Shown: positions 28,449-38,433 of the stretch, one piece after another | How positions within the stretch are numbered: position 1 is the first letter of the stretch | Layout of the letters: each line of letters opens with the position of its first letter | Source of the DNA: a candidate division WWE3 bacterium RIFOXYC1_FULL_40_10 | GTDB lineage: Bacteria; Patescibacteriota; WWE3; UBA101185; UBA10185 | DNA: 64,000 nucleotides | Assembly (NCBI GenBank): GCA_001773215.1 | Contig: MEWB01000001.1 | Span: forward strand, 742,099-806,098 | Direction of reading: 5' to 3' | The notes under the pieces: generated by a model | Databases searched by the model: none | Seen by the model: only the letters and a program-made list of their open reading frames with translations | What the model was told of the DNA's origin: nothing | Position numbers and translations under genes: made by a program

Positions 28449-28458
28449 AATAAAGCAG

Positions 28459-29235
28459 ATGCCCAGATTTAGACGTAAAACCTACATTAAAGATAATTCA
28501 TTTGACACAATTTACAGGTCGGTAAACTACCCATTCTTTCTACAGTCAAAGGTATTCTCAGGTATTCTGTTGGCTGCCGGGGTTCTTGTAATGTCCACTC
28601 AAGTCATCGTCCCTGTTATTATCTTTAAAACTCAGGATAATATATCGAAACCTGCAAATAGCAGTTTACTGGGGTGGGCAGCGGGATTCGGGGATTTCTC
28701 TTTTACTGAATTAAAGTCCGCTTCCCCCTATAAGTTGGCAAAACAGGTAAAGGGAACCAATACAACAATACTGCCTGAAAAGGAAAGCCTTACAGTACTA
28801 AATAACAGCATATCCACATTAGATATTCCAAAGCTTGGTATAGCCAACGCGCAAATCGAAATAAATTCCCCAAACCTGAGCCCTGATAATTTACTTGGAC
28901 ACTACCCCGGATCCGCCTTGCCGGGACAGGTTGGAAATTCTTTTATCTACGGACACTCAGTTCTGCCATGGTTCTATAATCCAAGAAATTATAAAACCAT
29001 ATTTTCCACCTTAGACAAACTAAAGCCAGGGGATACATTTACAATCACAAAAGGGACCGACGTTTACACATATAAGGTTTCTTATACCGAAGTTCAGAAA
29101 CCAAGCAATGTAAACCCACTAGCTGAGTTTAGACCAAAGGAGTTTAATGAAAGCACTATGACCCTTATGACATGCTGGCCGGCGGGAACAAAATCTAGCA
29201 GATTAATGGTACGTGCGGAGTTAATCGAATTGTAA
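28459..29235 (+). CDS. Sortase-family transpeptidase
   Basis: N-terminal TM anchor, catalytic His region (IYGHSV), TLMTCWP Cys motif and a downstream Arg. Confidence 0.75.
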   Translation: MPRFRRKTYIKDNSFDTIYRSVNYPFFLQSKVFSGILLAAGVLVMSTQVIVPVIIFKTQDNISKPANSSLLGWAAGFGDFSFTELKSASPYKLAKQVKGTNTTILPEKESLTVLNNSISTLDIPKLGIANAQIEINSPNLSPDNLLGHYPGSALPGQVGNSFIYGHSVLPWFYNPRNYKTIFSTLDKLKPGDTFTITKGTDVYTYKVSYTEVQKPSNVNPLAEFRPKEFNESTMTLMTCWPAGTKSSRLMVRAELIEL

Positions 29236-29239
29236 GAGG

Positions 29240-29776
29240 TTAAAATCTTCTGTATCTGGAAGTGTATCTCACATCTCTATTTAGATCTTCGATGATTCTT
29301 TGCTCAAAGTTGGTCATAGCCAAGCGGCGCGGATTTAGTTTATTCCAATAAAAGGCGATTCCAAAGATAAACACAGATAAAAGTAACCCAATCGTAACCT
29401 CCAATACTCCTCCGTCGGGAACTGATACTGTGGTTTGAGGAACGGGAACAGGGGGGAGACCGGTTTCCACAGTTGTTGTGGTTGTGTCAGTATCAGCTAA
29501 TACAGCAGGCACAGGTCTATACCTATTTGTTGGGATTGTGGTGGCAATAAGTTCCTTTTTTGCTAGCCCTCCAAAGGGGGAACTTTCAGTAACACCGGCC
29601 ACACTTGGCGCATTTTCTTTCTGGACAGTGCTTGACTCTGAAGTTAGTAATTCGGAATCCGATGTGTTTTCCGATCCGGTTAACAAATAGTAAATAACAC
29701 TAAAGACAATAAGAGATACAGATAAGGTGAGTACAAAAGTTTTAAATCCTTTTTTAGCTTGGTCAGTACTAGTCAT
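29240..29776 (-). CDS. Two-TM Thr/Pro-rich protein convergent with the sortase gene
   Basis: N-terminal TM, a Ser/Thr/Pro-rich linker (TDTTTTTVETGLPPVPVP), a C-terminal TM, then a basic tail. Confidence 0.4.
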   Translation of the reverse strand: MTSTDQAKKGFKTFVLTLSVSLIVFSVIYYLLTGSENTSDSELLTSESSTVQKENAPSVAGVTESSPFGGLAKKELIATTIPTNRYRPVPAVLADTDTTTTTVETGLPPVPVPQTTVSVPDGGVLEVTIGLLLSVFIFGIAFYWNKLNPRRLAMTNFEQRIIEDLNRDVRYTSRYRRF

Positions 29777-29951
29777 AGGCAGGTTTGAACCTAGTTAGGT
29801 ATTCTATGTCAATGGTAACATTTATAGGTATGGAACTGTCAAGAACTTCCTTGGAAATGTATCCATCTTTGTTAAAGGAACGAAAGTCTGCGGAAAGCCA
29901 TAATAACAACCCTATTATCGACGCTATACTTGCAAATATAAGACTTTTCAT
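29769..29951 (-). CDS. Small secreted or signal-anchored protein (60 aa)
   Basis: N-terminal hydrophobic signal-like segment. Overlaps the upstream gene by 8 nt. Confidence 0.3.
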   Translation of the reverse strand: MKSLIFASIASIIGLLLWLSADFRSFNKDGYISKEVLDSSIPINVTIDIEYLTRFKPAYD

Positions 29952-29956
29952 ACAAG

Positions 29957-30532
29957 TTACTCTTTAAATTCCTCCGGAACGAAATATATAGACACCTCCA
30001 AATTCACATCAGTTTTTCCATAATCCTCTCGAGCCGTTAGTTTATTTACAGTTGAAATCCGCTTCAGGTTTTCTATATTTTCAACCAGCACATTAAGTTC
30101 CCCGATCCCGTTTAATTGAAGCAAAATAGGTACTTCTCCCGGTCTTTCCGAAACCACCTCACCCGCGCTGATGTTTTTAATGTAAAAGCCCGATCGAGAA
30201 GTTGCGATAAATATTTCATGCAGATAAGACTCCAACTGGGGACTTGATGGCATTAAATTGTCAAAAGGTTTAAAAAACTCCTCGGAATTATTAATAATAT
30301 TGCTTGTCTTTTTTAGCTCTATCAAATTCTTTTCCAGTTGAATAGAAATTTCCTGAGTCTGGGTTATTAATTTTTGCTTCTCCGAAATAACTTTTATCAA
30401 GGGGTAAGCCCCGTAGACTATAAATATCAAAAAACCAGCTAGTGCCAGAGTTGAGTGAATGCTCGTTTTTACTCGGGTTAGTTGGAGGGTTCGCTTAAAT
30501 TCAGCTATTTGTGCATTTGGTTCGTAAGTCAT
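29957..30532 (-). CDS. PilO-like type IV pilus assembly protein
   Basis: Short cytoplasmic N-terminus, one TM, a coiled-coil, then a periplasmic domain. Overlaps the PilN-like gene by 4 nt. Confidence 0.45.
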   Translation of the reverse strand: MTYEPNAQIAEFKRTLQLTRVKTSIHSTLALAGFLIFIVYGAYPLIKVISEKQKLITQTQEISIQLEKNLIELKKTSNIINNSEEFFKPFDNLMPSSPQLESYLHEIFIATSRSGFYIKNISAGEVVSERPGEVPILLQLNGIGELNVLVENIENLKRISTVNKLTAREDYGKTDVNLEVSIYFVPEEFKE

Positions 30533-31131
30533 TTTCCATTCTTTCTAAACGTACCCTCCATCTCTAACTCGTAGCTCTTATTATCATTTCTTAGAGTTGC
30601 AGAGACTAGAGATAGCTGATCCACTTTTTGAGTATCAAGGTAATAATTAACGGCGTTTGCAAAATGGAGTGCAGTGGGACCAACAAATTTAATTGTAAAC
30701 CCGTCTTTAGTCAGCACCACTGACAAAACTACTATATCCAAATCAGTAATACCCATTGCAGTATCTATGCTGGAACTTATTTTCTCTTGAGATTGCAAAA
30801 TTCTTTTGTAAACGGTGATTTTATCCCCTATTACTCGTGCCTTCGCCTCGTATTGGGAATAGGGGGATAACTCTTGAAAATTCTCATTCATAGTTTTAAC
30901 TGAAAATTGCAGTCGGGAATCTACCGATTTCTCATACAAAAATAAAACAATGAACACAATAGCCATAACTCCGATAGCTATCCGATAAAAGGTTAACAAT
31001 TTTTCAAATTTGGGAGATGCAAAAGAAGAAGATGGGAAACTTAACAGATCTACACCTGGCACCACTTCTTCCCGCTGAGGAGATAGCCTATTTTTTAATA
31101 GGTTTAATAAGGGCAGAAATTTTTGAAGCAT
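30529..31131 (-). CDS. PilN-like type IV pilus assembly protein
   Basis: The N-terminal LNLLK resembles the PilN INLLP PilM-binding motif, followed by a TM and coiled-coil. Its start overlaps the rpsT 3' end. Confidence 0.45.
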   Translation of the reverse strand: MLQKFLPLLNLLKNRLSPQREEVVPGVDLLSFPSSSFASPKFEKLLTFYRIAIGVMAIVFIVLFLYEKSVDSRLQFSVKTMNENFQELSPYSQYEAKARVIGDKITVYKRILQSQEKISSSIDTAMGITDLDIVVLSVVLTKDGFTIKFVGPTALHFANAVNYYLDTQKVDQLSLVSATLRNDNKSYELEMEGTFRKNGK

Positions 31132-31369
31132 ACTTAGATTTTAGCCTATTTGCCCTATTAATATGAAGCACTTTCTCTTTAGATGCTTTATCTAACACTT
31201 TTTGCGCAACAACAAGCTTTTCGGTTAGTACTTTAATGTCTTCTTTATCTTTTAAACCCTGCTCAATATTTTTTAAGCTGTTTTTTATTCTCCTTTTCCA
31301 AAAAAGATTATGTGACTCCTTTTTTGCGGAGCTTCTTACTGCCTTTTTAGCTGATAAAGTATTTGCCAT
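31088..31369 (-). CDS. rpsT: 30S ribosomal protein S20
   Basis: MANTLSAKKAVRSSAKKESHN... matches the S20 N-terminus (MANxKSAKKR). 93 aa from the internal ATG; the track ORF extends upstream to 31417. Confidence 0.8.
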   Translation of the reverse strand: MANTLSAKKAVRSSAKKESHNLFWKRRIKNSLKNIEQGLKDKEDIKVLTEKLVVAQKVLDKASKEKVLHINRANRLKSKYASKISALIKPIKK

Positions 31370-31429
31370 AACGGGTCGTATCATAGCATACCAAAAGAAT
31401 AATGGGAAGAGAACCATAAATCCTGTACA

Positions 31430-33088
31430 ATGGGCAGCATGGAATTAATCAGTTCGCTTAGAAAATTCGGTACTAATTCGTTCTTATATCGCTCCCAAAA
31501 TACAATATTGTCTGCCGCCTTTATATTGGCAATAGCCAGCGGAGCTAATGCTGTTTTGGGACTAATCAAAAACCGTCTGCTGGCGGGGTACTTTGGAATT
31601 TCCCCCGAACTAACGGTTTTCTTCACAGCAGAAAAGATTCCAAACATGATTTATGCCATATTAGTGGTAGGTGCAATTTCAACCATTTTAATACCCGTTT
31701 TATCCGGGGATTTAGAAAAAAATAAAGAAAAAGCCTACGAATCCGCTTCAGTTGTTATAACAGGAATATTTTTCGTTTTTTTGATAATGGCTACTATATT
31801 TTTTATCCTCGCACCACAAATAATTAATTTGCTATCAGTGGGCAAGTTCAGCGGTTACGAAAACCATTTAGGGACGACATTATTCAGACTAATGGTAGGG
31901 GCTCAATTAATTCTAATAGCAGGAAGCATGGTTTCAAGCCTTTTACAATCACATAAAAAGTTTATTTTCCCCGCTCTGGCTCCGCTTCTGTACAACGTGG
32001 GCATGATCTTAGGCATTATAATTTTCTCAAACAAGCTGGGAATATTCGGGCCTGCTTTTGGTGTGCTTATCGGAGCGGTATTGCATCTTTCCATTCAATT
32101 GCCCGCTTTAGCCCAAACCGGCTTCAAGTTTAAACCAAGTCTTAATCTAAAAAACAAAACAATGATAAAAACTTTAGGACTCATTCCACCACGTATTATA
32201 AGTGTACTAACAGCAAATATCGCCGGAACAATCGATAATAGTTTTGCTATTCTTATTTCCGATCCTTCATCCATTATCCTAAGGTTTGCCAATCAACTTC
32301 AATCATTTCCCGTAAACATTTTTGGAATTTCTCTGGCTTCTGCCAGTCTACCAACACTTGCCGCAGAATGTTCATCTGAAGACAGAGACAAGTTCAAGAA
32401 AACTTTCATCACATCTCTAACTCAAATGGTGTTTTTAACGGCGCCTTTAAGTGCAATTTTGCTTGTTTTGAGAGTACCTGCAGTACGTTTAGTTTACGGT
32501 ACCCCTGAATTCCCTTGGTGGGCCACCGTAACTACAGCTTACACATTAGCCTTTTATAGCCTCTCTATAGTTCCCCAGAGTGTAAACTATTTAATTACGC
32601 GCGCCTTCTATGCTCAAAAAGACACATTAACACCGGCAATTGTTCATGTTGCAACAACACTGATATATATTGGCCTAACAGCCACACTAATCCTCAGGGC
32701 GAAATACGAAGTTTGGGTTATCGCTTTCACTTTCTCTGTAACCTCTTATTTGGATACTTTTTTGCTTTTCTATCTGTTAAACAGAAAAGTTAAAGGGTTT
32801 GATATCGAGAGAATATCTTCATCGCTAACCAAAATCGGCTATTCCACTTTACTTATGGGATTAGCCCTGTATATTCCTATTAAGCTCTTGGATCAGGTAA
32901 TATTCGATACCGCAAAAACCATCAATTTGCTTATGCTAACAGGAATTGCAGGGCTTTTTGGGATGCTAACCTACCTCCTTCTAACCAAGTTCTTTAATGT
33001 TCAGGAGATTGAACTTTTGTATAAAGTGATGAGAAAACTTAAATTCAAAACCGAACAATTGCCCCAAGACATCAAGCCTACAGAGTAG
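31430..33088 (+). CDS. murJ: Lipid II flippase MurJ/MviN
   Basis: 14-TM MOP-superfamily pattern, 552 aa, MviN-like N-terminus. Confidence 0.8.
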   Translation: MGSMELISSLRKFGTNSFLYRSQNTILSAAFILAIASGANAVLGLIKNRLLAGYFGISPELTVFFTAEKIPNMIYAILVVGAISTILIPVLSGDLEKNKEKAYESASVVITGIFFVFLIMATIFFILAPQIINLLSVGKFSGYENHLGTTLFRLMVGAQLILIAGSMVSSLLQSHKKFIFPALAPLLYNVGMILGIIIFSNKLGIFGPAFGVLIGAVLHLSIQLPALAQTGFKFKPSLNLKNKTMIKTLGLIPPRIISVLTANIAGTIDNSFAILISDPSSIILRFANQLQSFPVNIFGISLASASLPTLAAECSSEDRDKFKKTFITSLTQMVFLTAPLSAILLVLRVPAVRLVYGTPEFPWWATVTTAYTLAFYSLSIVPQSVNYLITRAFYAQKDTLTPAIVHVATTLIYIGLTATLILRAKYEVWVIAFTFSVTSYLDTFLLFYLLNRKVKGFDIERISSSLTKIGYSTLLMGLALYIPIKLLDQVIFDTAKTINLLMLTGIAGLFGMLTYLLLTKFFNVQEIELLYKVMRKLKFKTEQLPQDIKPTE

Positions 33089-33090
33089 CT

Positions 33091-34881
33091 ATGAACCAAC
33101 AAAATATTAGAAATTTTTGCATAATTGCCCATATCGACCACGGGAAATCTACGTTGGCAGATAGATTTTTGGGGATCACAAATACAATCGATAAAAGAAA
33201 ACTCATCGCCCAAACTTTGGACTCTATGGATTTAGAAAAAGAAAAAGGAATAACAATTAAACTTAAGTCTATAAGAATGCTCTACACATTGGATAACACG
33301 GATTATGAGTTAAATTTAATTGATACACCGGGTCATGTAGATTTTTCTTACGAAGTATCCCGCTCCTTGGCGGCATGCGAAGGCGCAATTTTAGTAGTTG
33401 ACGCGACTCAAGGTATCCAGGCCCAAACCGTGAGCAATGTTTTTAAAGCTATGGATGCCAACCTAAAGATTATTCCAGTTTTAAACAAAATCGATCTTAC
33501 CAATGCTCAAGTGGAAAAAGTTACGGGCGACTTATGCCAATCATTTGGATTTAAAGCAGATGAAATCCTTAAAGTATCGGCAAAAACAGGAGAAGGTGCC
33601 AAACAACTGTTGGAACAGGTAATTAAGCTTGTACCACCACCAATCAAAAACACCTCGACCGACCTAAGAGCTTTAGTTTTTGATTCATACTACGATGAAC
33701 ACTTAGGCGTTATTGCATTAGTAAAAATAGTTGATGGCCGAGTAGATGAAGGAAAAACCCAGCTAAAGCTTATAGCTTCTGGGGGCACCTTTTATCCTGA
33801 GGAGGTTGGCTACCTCCAGCTAAAGAGGATGAGCTCCGGAAAACTAGAAACAGGTGAAGTCGGCTATATTGCCACGGGGTTAAAGGATATAAAAAAGGTC
33901 AAGTCTGGTGACACCATTACACAGAGCAGCTCTAGCGCTAGACCTCTCCCTGGGTATAAGGAGATCAAGCCATTCGTTTTTGTATCTATATACCCCACTG
34001 ATAATGGTCAATATCCACATTTGAGAGATGCCCTGGAAAAGCTTTCTCTGTCTGATTCCTCGTTAAGCTTTGAACCTGAAACTAACACGGCTCTGGGTTT
34101 TGGGTTTAGATGCGGGTTTTTAGGACTCTTGCATGCTGACGTTGTTCAGGAAAGACTTGAACGGGAATACAATCTGAACTTGATTTCTACTACTCCAACG
34201 GTTGAGTACTATGTGGTTTTAACCAACGGTGAAAGGGTAAATGTTAGAACTCCTTCACAGTTTCCCGATAGGTCGAGAATAGATCATGTTCTGGAACCAT
34301 GGATCCTAACTAATATTGTTACTCCATCAGAATACGTGGGCAACATTATTAAACTCTGCGAAGAGCGAAGGGGTGTTTTAAGAAAAATGGATTATCCTAA
34401 CGAATCCCAAACTGTATTTGAATATGAATTACCCCTGGCCGAACTGGTGTTTAATTTTTTTGATGATTTAAAAAGTTGCTCATCGGGATTTGCCAGTTTA
34501 GATTATGAATTTTTGGACTACCGTGAGGTAGACGCGGTAAAAATGGATATTTTAGTACATGAATCTGTGGTGGACCCGCTTTCGCATGTAATTTTAAGGG
34601 CGAAAGCCGAGGAAATGGGTAGAATACTGCTTAAAAAGCTTAAAGAAATAATCCCCCGCCAACAATTTAAAGTTTCACTACAAGCGGCAATAGGCGGGAA
34701 AATAATCGCCCGAGAAGATATACCGGCGGCAGGGAAAAACGTGCTGGCAAAGTTATCAGGCGGCCACAGAGAAAGAAAAGACAAGGTGTTAGAGCGCCAA
34801 AAAAAGGGAAAAGAACGCATGAAACGGATCGGAAAGGTGGATATTCCCCAGGAGGCGTTTAGACAGATTTTGAGTTCGTAA
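33091..34881 (+). CDS. lepA: Elongation factor 4 (LepA)
   Basis: NFCIIAHIDHGKSTL G1, DTPGHVDF, NKID, and the LepA-specific C-terminal domain. Confidence 0.9.
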   Translation: MNQQNIRNFCIIAHIDHGKSTLADRFLGITNTIDKRKLIAQTLDSMDLEKEKGITIKLKSIRMLYTLDNTDYELNLIDTPGHVDFSYEVSRSLAACEGAILVVDATQGIQAQTVSNVFKAMDANLKIIPVLNKIDLTNAQVEKVTGDLCQSFGFKADEILKVSAKTGEGAKQLLEQVIKLVPPPIKNTSTDLRALVFDSYYDEHLGVIALVKIVDGRVDEGKTQLKLIASGGTFYPEEVGYLQLKRMSSGKLETGEVGYIATGLKDIKKVKSGDTITQSSSSARPLPGYKEIKPFVFVSIYPTDNGQYPHLRDALEKLSLSDSSLSFEPETNTALGFGFRCGFLGLLHADVVQERLEREYNLNLISTTPTVEYYVVLTNGERVNVRTPSQFPDRSRIDHVLEPWILTNIVTPSEYVGNIIKLCEERRGVLRKMDYPNESQTVFEYELPLAELVFNFFDDLKSCSSGFASLDYEFLDYREVDAVKMDILVHESVVDPLSHVILRAKAEEMGRILLKKLKEIIPRQQFKVSLQAAIGGKIIAREDIPAAGKNVLAKLSGGHRERKDKVLERQKKGKERMKRIGKVDIPQEAFRQILSS

Positions 34882-34919
34882 ATAGAACACTTCTTAGATA
34901 AATCCTTTATAATTAACTT

Positions 34920-37900
34920 GTGAAAAATTTATTTCTGACCTTTCTAATTAGTATATTTTCTGTTGCATTTTTTTTCACTTGTACAAATATTACTTGGGCT
35001 GCACCTTCGTTAACTTCAGTGGGTACTATTTCATCAGGGCGCACGTATTTTGGCTTTCCAACAGAGATTGGTGATGTAAACGGAGATGGGTATGATGATA
35101 TCGTCGCTAGTGACTACAATTTTTCTACCGCCGGAATGGTGAATATTTATTATGGGGGAACCTCCTTTAATAATACCCTTGATGCTTCAATTCTAGGAGA
35201 AGAAAGCTCTAATTACTTCGGGTTCGCGGAATCCGCAGCTATCTCACTAAAGGATATCACTAACGACGGTAAATCGGAACTTCTGGCGGGTGCCTGGGGT
35301 TATTCGTCTTCTAATGGACGTTTTTATGCCTTTAACAATAAAGATTTCGTACCAGGACTTTCGGCAAACACGGCTGAATTACAAGCTACAGGAAATGGTA
35401 CGGACCGATATTATTTTGGGATGGGTATTGGTGCGGGAGATTTTGATGGGGATGGTGATAATGACATAGTTATTGCCGCACCTACTTCGGTTGCAAATCA
35501 AGGTGCTATTCAGCTGTTCCAAAATAACAACGGTGTTATTGATTTTGATAACCGGTGGGGTTTCACAACAGTCACCAATGTGAGATTAATGGGGTATATG
35601 AATGGAGTCAAGATAGGTGATTTTAACGGTGATGGTAGAGACGATATATTGACCGGAGATAACTACTCTTATGCGGGTTACATCGGAAAGGATTTAGATA
35701 TATTTCTCAGCGTAGGCGATGGCTCCTTAACCGAAGTTAACTTCTCAACAGCCGCTGCCGGGGATTACTTTGGCAGAGCTGGTACTTTTCACACGGGAGA
35801 CATTAATAACGACGGCAAGGACGATTTTTGCGCGGGCGCCTATTTGTATAATTCATACGCCGGTAGAATTACCTGTTGGTATGGTAGGGAAACATTTCTT
35901 TCCTCCTACGCTTACAACACAGCAGATGTGTTTATCAACGGAGGGGCTGCTAATGATTCTTTCGGCCGAGCTGTTGATATTGCAGATGTAAATAACGACG
36001 GTTATCCGGATCTTATGGTAGGTGCCTATCAAGCCTACGCCCCAGCCGGTTCAACACACGGTAAGGCTTATGTCTACAAAAACACCGGCACCGGTTCCGG
36101 TATAGATACAAGCTCCCCATGGATTTCAGAAATTAAAACCTCGGGCAATGCATATTTTGGCAGCGATATTAACTCGGGGGATATTGATGCTGACGGCTGG
36201 AAAGATATAGCAGTTTTGCAAGGCAACGGAGCCAGCGTACTAAATATGTACGAGATGTCACATGGGTCACCTTCAATTACCTTTATCAGTACAACAACAG
36301 GCGGAAACCTTGTTGGAACCTCCTCCGACAGCGATGCAAGTTACACACTAGCCGGAGTTGGATGGAGCACCTCAAACACATTACCCGGAACGTGGACTGC
36401 CTGTACTGCTAATGACAGTACTTTTGACGAATCAACCGAAGCCTTTACATGTGATCTATCTGCGTATGCAAACGGAACATATTCACTGTATTTTAGAAGT
36501 TACGACCAAAACTCCGTATATATGTCGACCCAGCTTTACGCAAGTGACTCAATAACAGTAGATAAGAATCCACCCAATGTATTATCGCTTAGTCCGGCTT
36601 CTGCCGGAATTATATCCACAGCTACTCCAACCCTTACCGGTACATTAAACAAAACTGGAGATTGCCGCGCCAGTACTACCGACGAAAGTTACGATAACAT
36701 GAGTGATAATGTTGACTGTACCGGCGATGGAACTGTAAGTGCAAGCTGCGCGATTCCCGCCTTGGGTTTAGATGGCTCGAAAACCTTGTACATTTCTTGT
36801 CAGGATGATTCCGGTTATAAAGACTCCACTGCAACAAACGAGGAAATTATATATACACTAGATACACTTGCACCATCAATAATCATGGATAGCCTTACGA
36901 CCCCCACAAGTGACGCAACTACCTCCTTCACGGGCACCGCAAATGACGTAACAAGCCCTATCCAAACGGTTGAGTATCAAGTGGATACTACATCAGGAAG
37001 TTGGATAGCGTGTACTGCCTATGACAGTACCTTTGACGAAGCTTCTGAAACTGTCACCTGTACAATTTCACCGGCACTAAGCGATGGGATACATACAATT
37101 TATTTTCGAGCTCAAGACGACGCAGGGCACTACGTTGTAGTATCAAACTACGGCGAGGAACAAATCACCATCGATACTATAGCCCCAACACCCGATTCAA
37201 CCCGGCAAAAAATAGGAACCAAGGACGAGCCAAAACAGTTAAAAGGCATTGGAACTGAGGTTATAAAAAAGAACTCCAAGAAATTCAAATTGTATTTTGA
37301 TCTAAAAGATGCGACTTCATCCATAGAGCATTACATAATTTCCCAGAACAGAGACTTTGAGGACTCAAGCTGGAAAGCTTTCGATGGAGATGCGAGCGTT
37401 GAATTCAAGGCCGACGGCAAAAAACAGCTTTACATAAGATTTAAAGATGCGGCCGGCAATATATCCGATACGTTCGAACAAACTATCCAGATAGACACCC
37501 AACCGCCGGAACTACAAGTAACTAAAATAGGCACTTTCGAACCGGATTTTACAGAACACAAAAACTATTTTTACTCAGAGAATTTAGTGAGAATAGCTGG
37601 AACTGTTGAAAAAGATGCAGATTTGCGAGTTTACGTGAACAACGGATTAATTGAGGACATTCAAGATATAAATGAGCTCGGAAATTGGGAGGTTACACAC
37701 GATTTTAACTTTGGAAAAAGTGAAGTGCGTTTTGAGGCTGAAGATGACTTTAAAAATATTACCAAGCTCGAATTTAACTTAACAATCGATTCTATAGCCC
37801 AAACTACCCAGCAAGCATTAGGAACTTTTACCCAAATGGTTGAACCTTCACTTCAACCTGAAGAACTAGAACCAGCGGGGGACACTGTGGAAATAAAAAC

Positions 37901-37985
37901 TGAGGTACAGGGAACTGCCACAGCGACACCAGTAAAAAAGACCTTCTGGCAGAATATTTTAGGCTGGTTTGGCATCAAATATTAG
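34920..37985 (+). CDS. Large secreted surface protein with FG-GAP/integrin-alpha-like beta-propeller repeats and Ig-like domains
   Basis: GTG start, then a signal peptide. At least six DxDGDGxxD / GDxNxDGxxD calcium-binding FG-GAP repeats. Duplicated ~150-aa C-terminal modules (WTACTANDSTFDE / WIACTAYDSTFDE). Confidence 0.7.
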   Translation: MKNLFLTFLISIFSVAFFFTCTNITWAAPSLTSVGTISSGRTYFGFPTEIGDVNGDGYDDIVASDYNFSTAGMVNIYYGGTSFNNTLDASILGEESSNYFGFAESAAISLKDITNDGKSELLAGAWGYSSSNGRFYAFNNKDFVPGLSANTAELQATGNGTDRYYFGMGIGAGDFDGDGDNDIVIAAPTSVANQGAIQLFQNNNGVIDFDNRWGFTTVTNVRLMGYMNGVKIGDFNGDGRDDILTGDNYSYAGYIGKDLDIFLSVGDGSLTEVNFSTAAAGDYFGRAGTFHTGDINNDGKDDFCAGAYLYNSYAGRITCWYGRETFLSSYAYNTADVFINGGAANDSFGRAVDIADVNNDGYPDLMVGAYQAYAPAGSTHGKAYVYKNTGTGSGIDTSSPWISEIKTSGNAYFGSDINSGDIDADGWKDIAVLQGNGASVLNMYEMSHGSPSITFISTTTGGNLVGTSSDSDASYTLAGVGWSTSNTLPGTWTACTANDSTFDESTEAFTCDLSAYANGTYSLYFRSYDQNSVYMSTQLYASDSITVDKNPPNVLSLSPASAGIISTATPTLTGTLNKTGDCRASTTDESYDNMSDNVDCTGDGTVSASCAIPALGLDGSKTLYISCQDDSGYKDSTATNEEIIYTLDTLAPSIIMDSLTTPTSDATTSFTGTANDVTSPIQTVEYQVDTTSGSWIACTAYDSTFDEASETVTCTISPALSDGIHTIYFRAQDDAGHYVVVSNYGEEQITIDTIAPTPDSTRQKIGTKDEPKQLKGIGTEVIKKNSKKFKLYFDLKDATSSIEHYIISQNRDFEDSSWKAFDGDASVEFKADGKKQLYIRFKDAAGNISDTFEQTIQIDTQPPELQVTKIGTFEPDFTEHKNYFYSENLVRIAGTVEKDADLRVYVNNGLIEDIQDINELGNWEVTHDFNFGKSEVRFEAEDDFKNITKLEFNLTIDSIAQTTQQALGTFTQMVEPSLQPEELEPAGDTVEIKTEVQGTATATPVKKTFWQNILGWFGIKY

Positions 37986-38037
37986 TATGAAACCCTGCGA
38001 AAGGATGGACCTAACTACTGGGTGAGATCCTCTTCCC

Positions 38038-38067
38038 CTTGCACTCTCGAGCTTATAGTGCTATAAA
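38038..38067 (+). promoter_or_regulatory. CIRCE-like HrcA operator overlapping a sigma70-like promoter upstream of groES
   Basis: CTTGCACTC-N9-TAGTGCTAT matches 14/18 of TTAGCACTC-N9-GAGTGCTAA. TTGCAC-N17-TATAAA hexamers overlap the repeat. Confidence 0.55.
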
Positions 38068-38124
38068 TTTGTATGTGTTGACTAACTAAGTCACCCGGTT
38101 ATTAATTTAAGAAACTAAATTTCT

Positions 38125-38430
38125 ATGATCACACTAAACAAAATTAAACCTCTAGCAGACAACGTTCTCATAGAACCACTGCAAAAGGAAACCACTACCC
38201 CATCAGGGATATTTATTCCAGACACTGTAAATAAAGAAAAGCCTCAAGAAGGCAAAATTGTTGCCGCAGGACCCGGAAGAAAAGATGAAGATGGCAAATT
38301 AATTGAAATGCAGGTAAAAGTCGGAAACGTAGTTATGTATAAAAAATGGGGCGGAACTGAAATTAAAGTAGAAGGAAAAGAAGTTTTACTGGTCAAAGAA
38401 GAGGATATTTTGGCCATAGTGGAGGAATAA
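38125..38430 (+). CDS. groES: Co-chaperonin GroES
   Basis: [11 protein letters not shown]...GKIVAAGPG...VGNVVMY, 101 aa. Confidence 0.9.
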   Translation: MITLNKIKPLADNVLIEPLQKETTTPSGIFIPDTVNKEKPQEGKIVAAGPGRKDEDGKLIEMQVKVGNVVMYKKWGGTEIKVEGKEVLLVKEEDILAIVEE

Positions 38431-38433
38431 ATC

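Noticed and set aside
29240-29776. The Thr/Pro-rich protein next to the sortase considered as an LPXTG-type sortase substrate
   Set aside because: It has a C-terminal TM plus basic residues, but no LPXTG-like pentapeptide; only LPPVP is present. About 35 aa follow the TM, unlike canonical sorting signals. Left as a hypothetical membrane protein.
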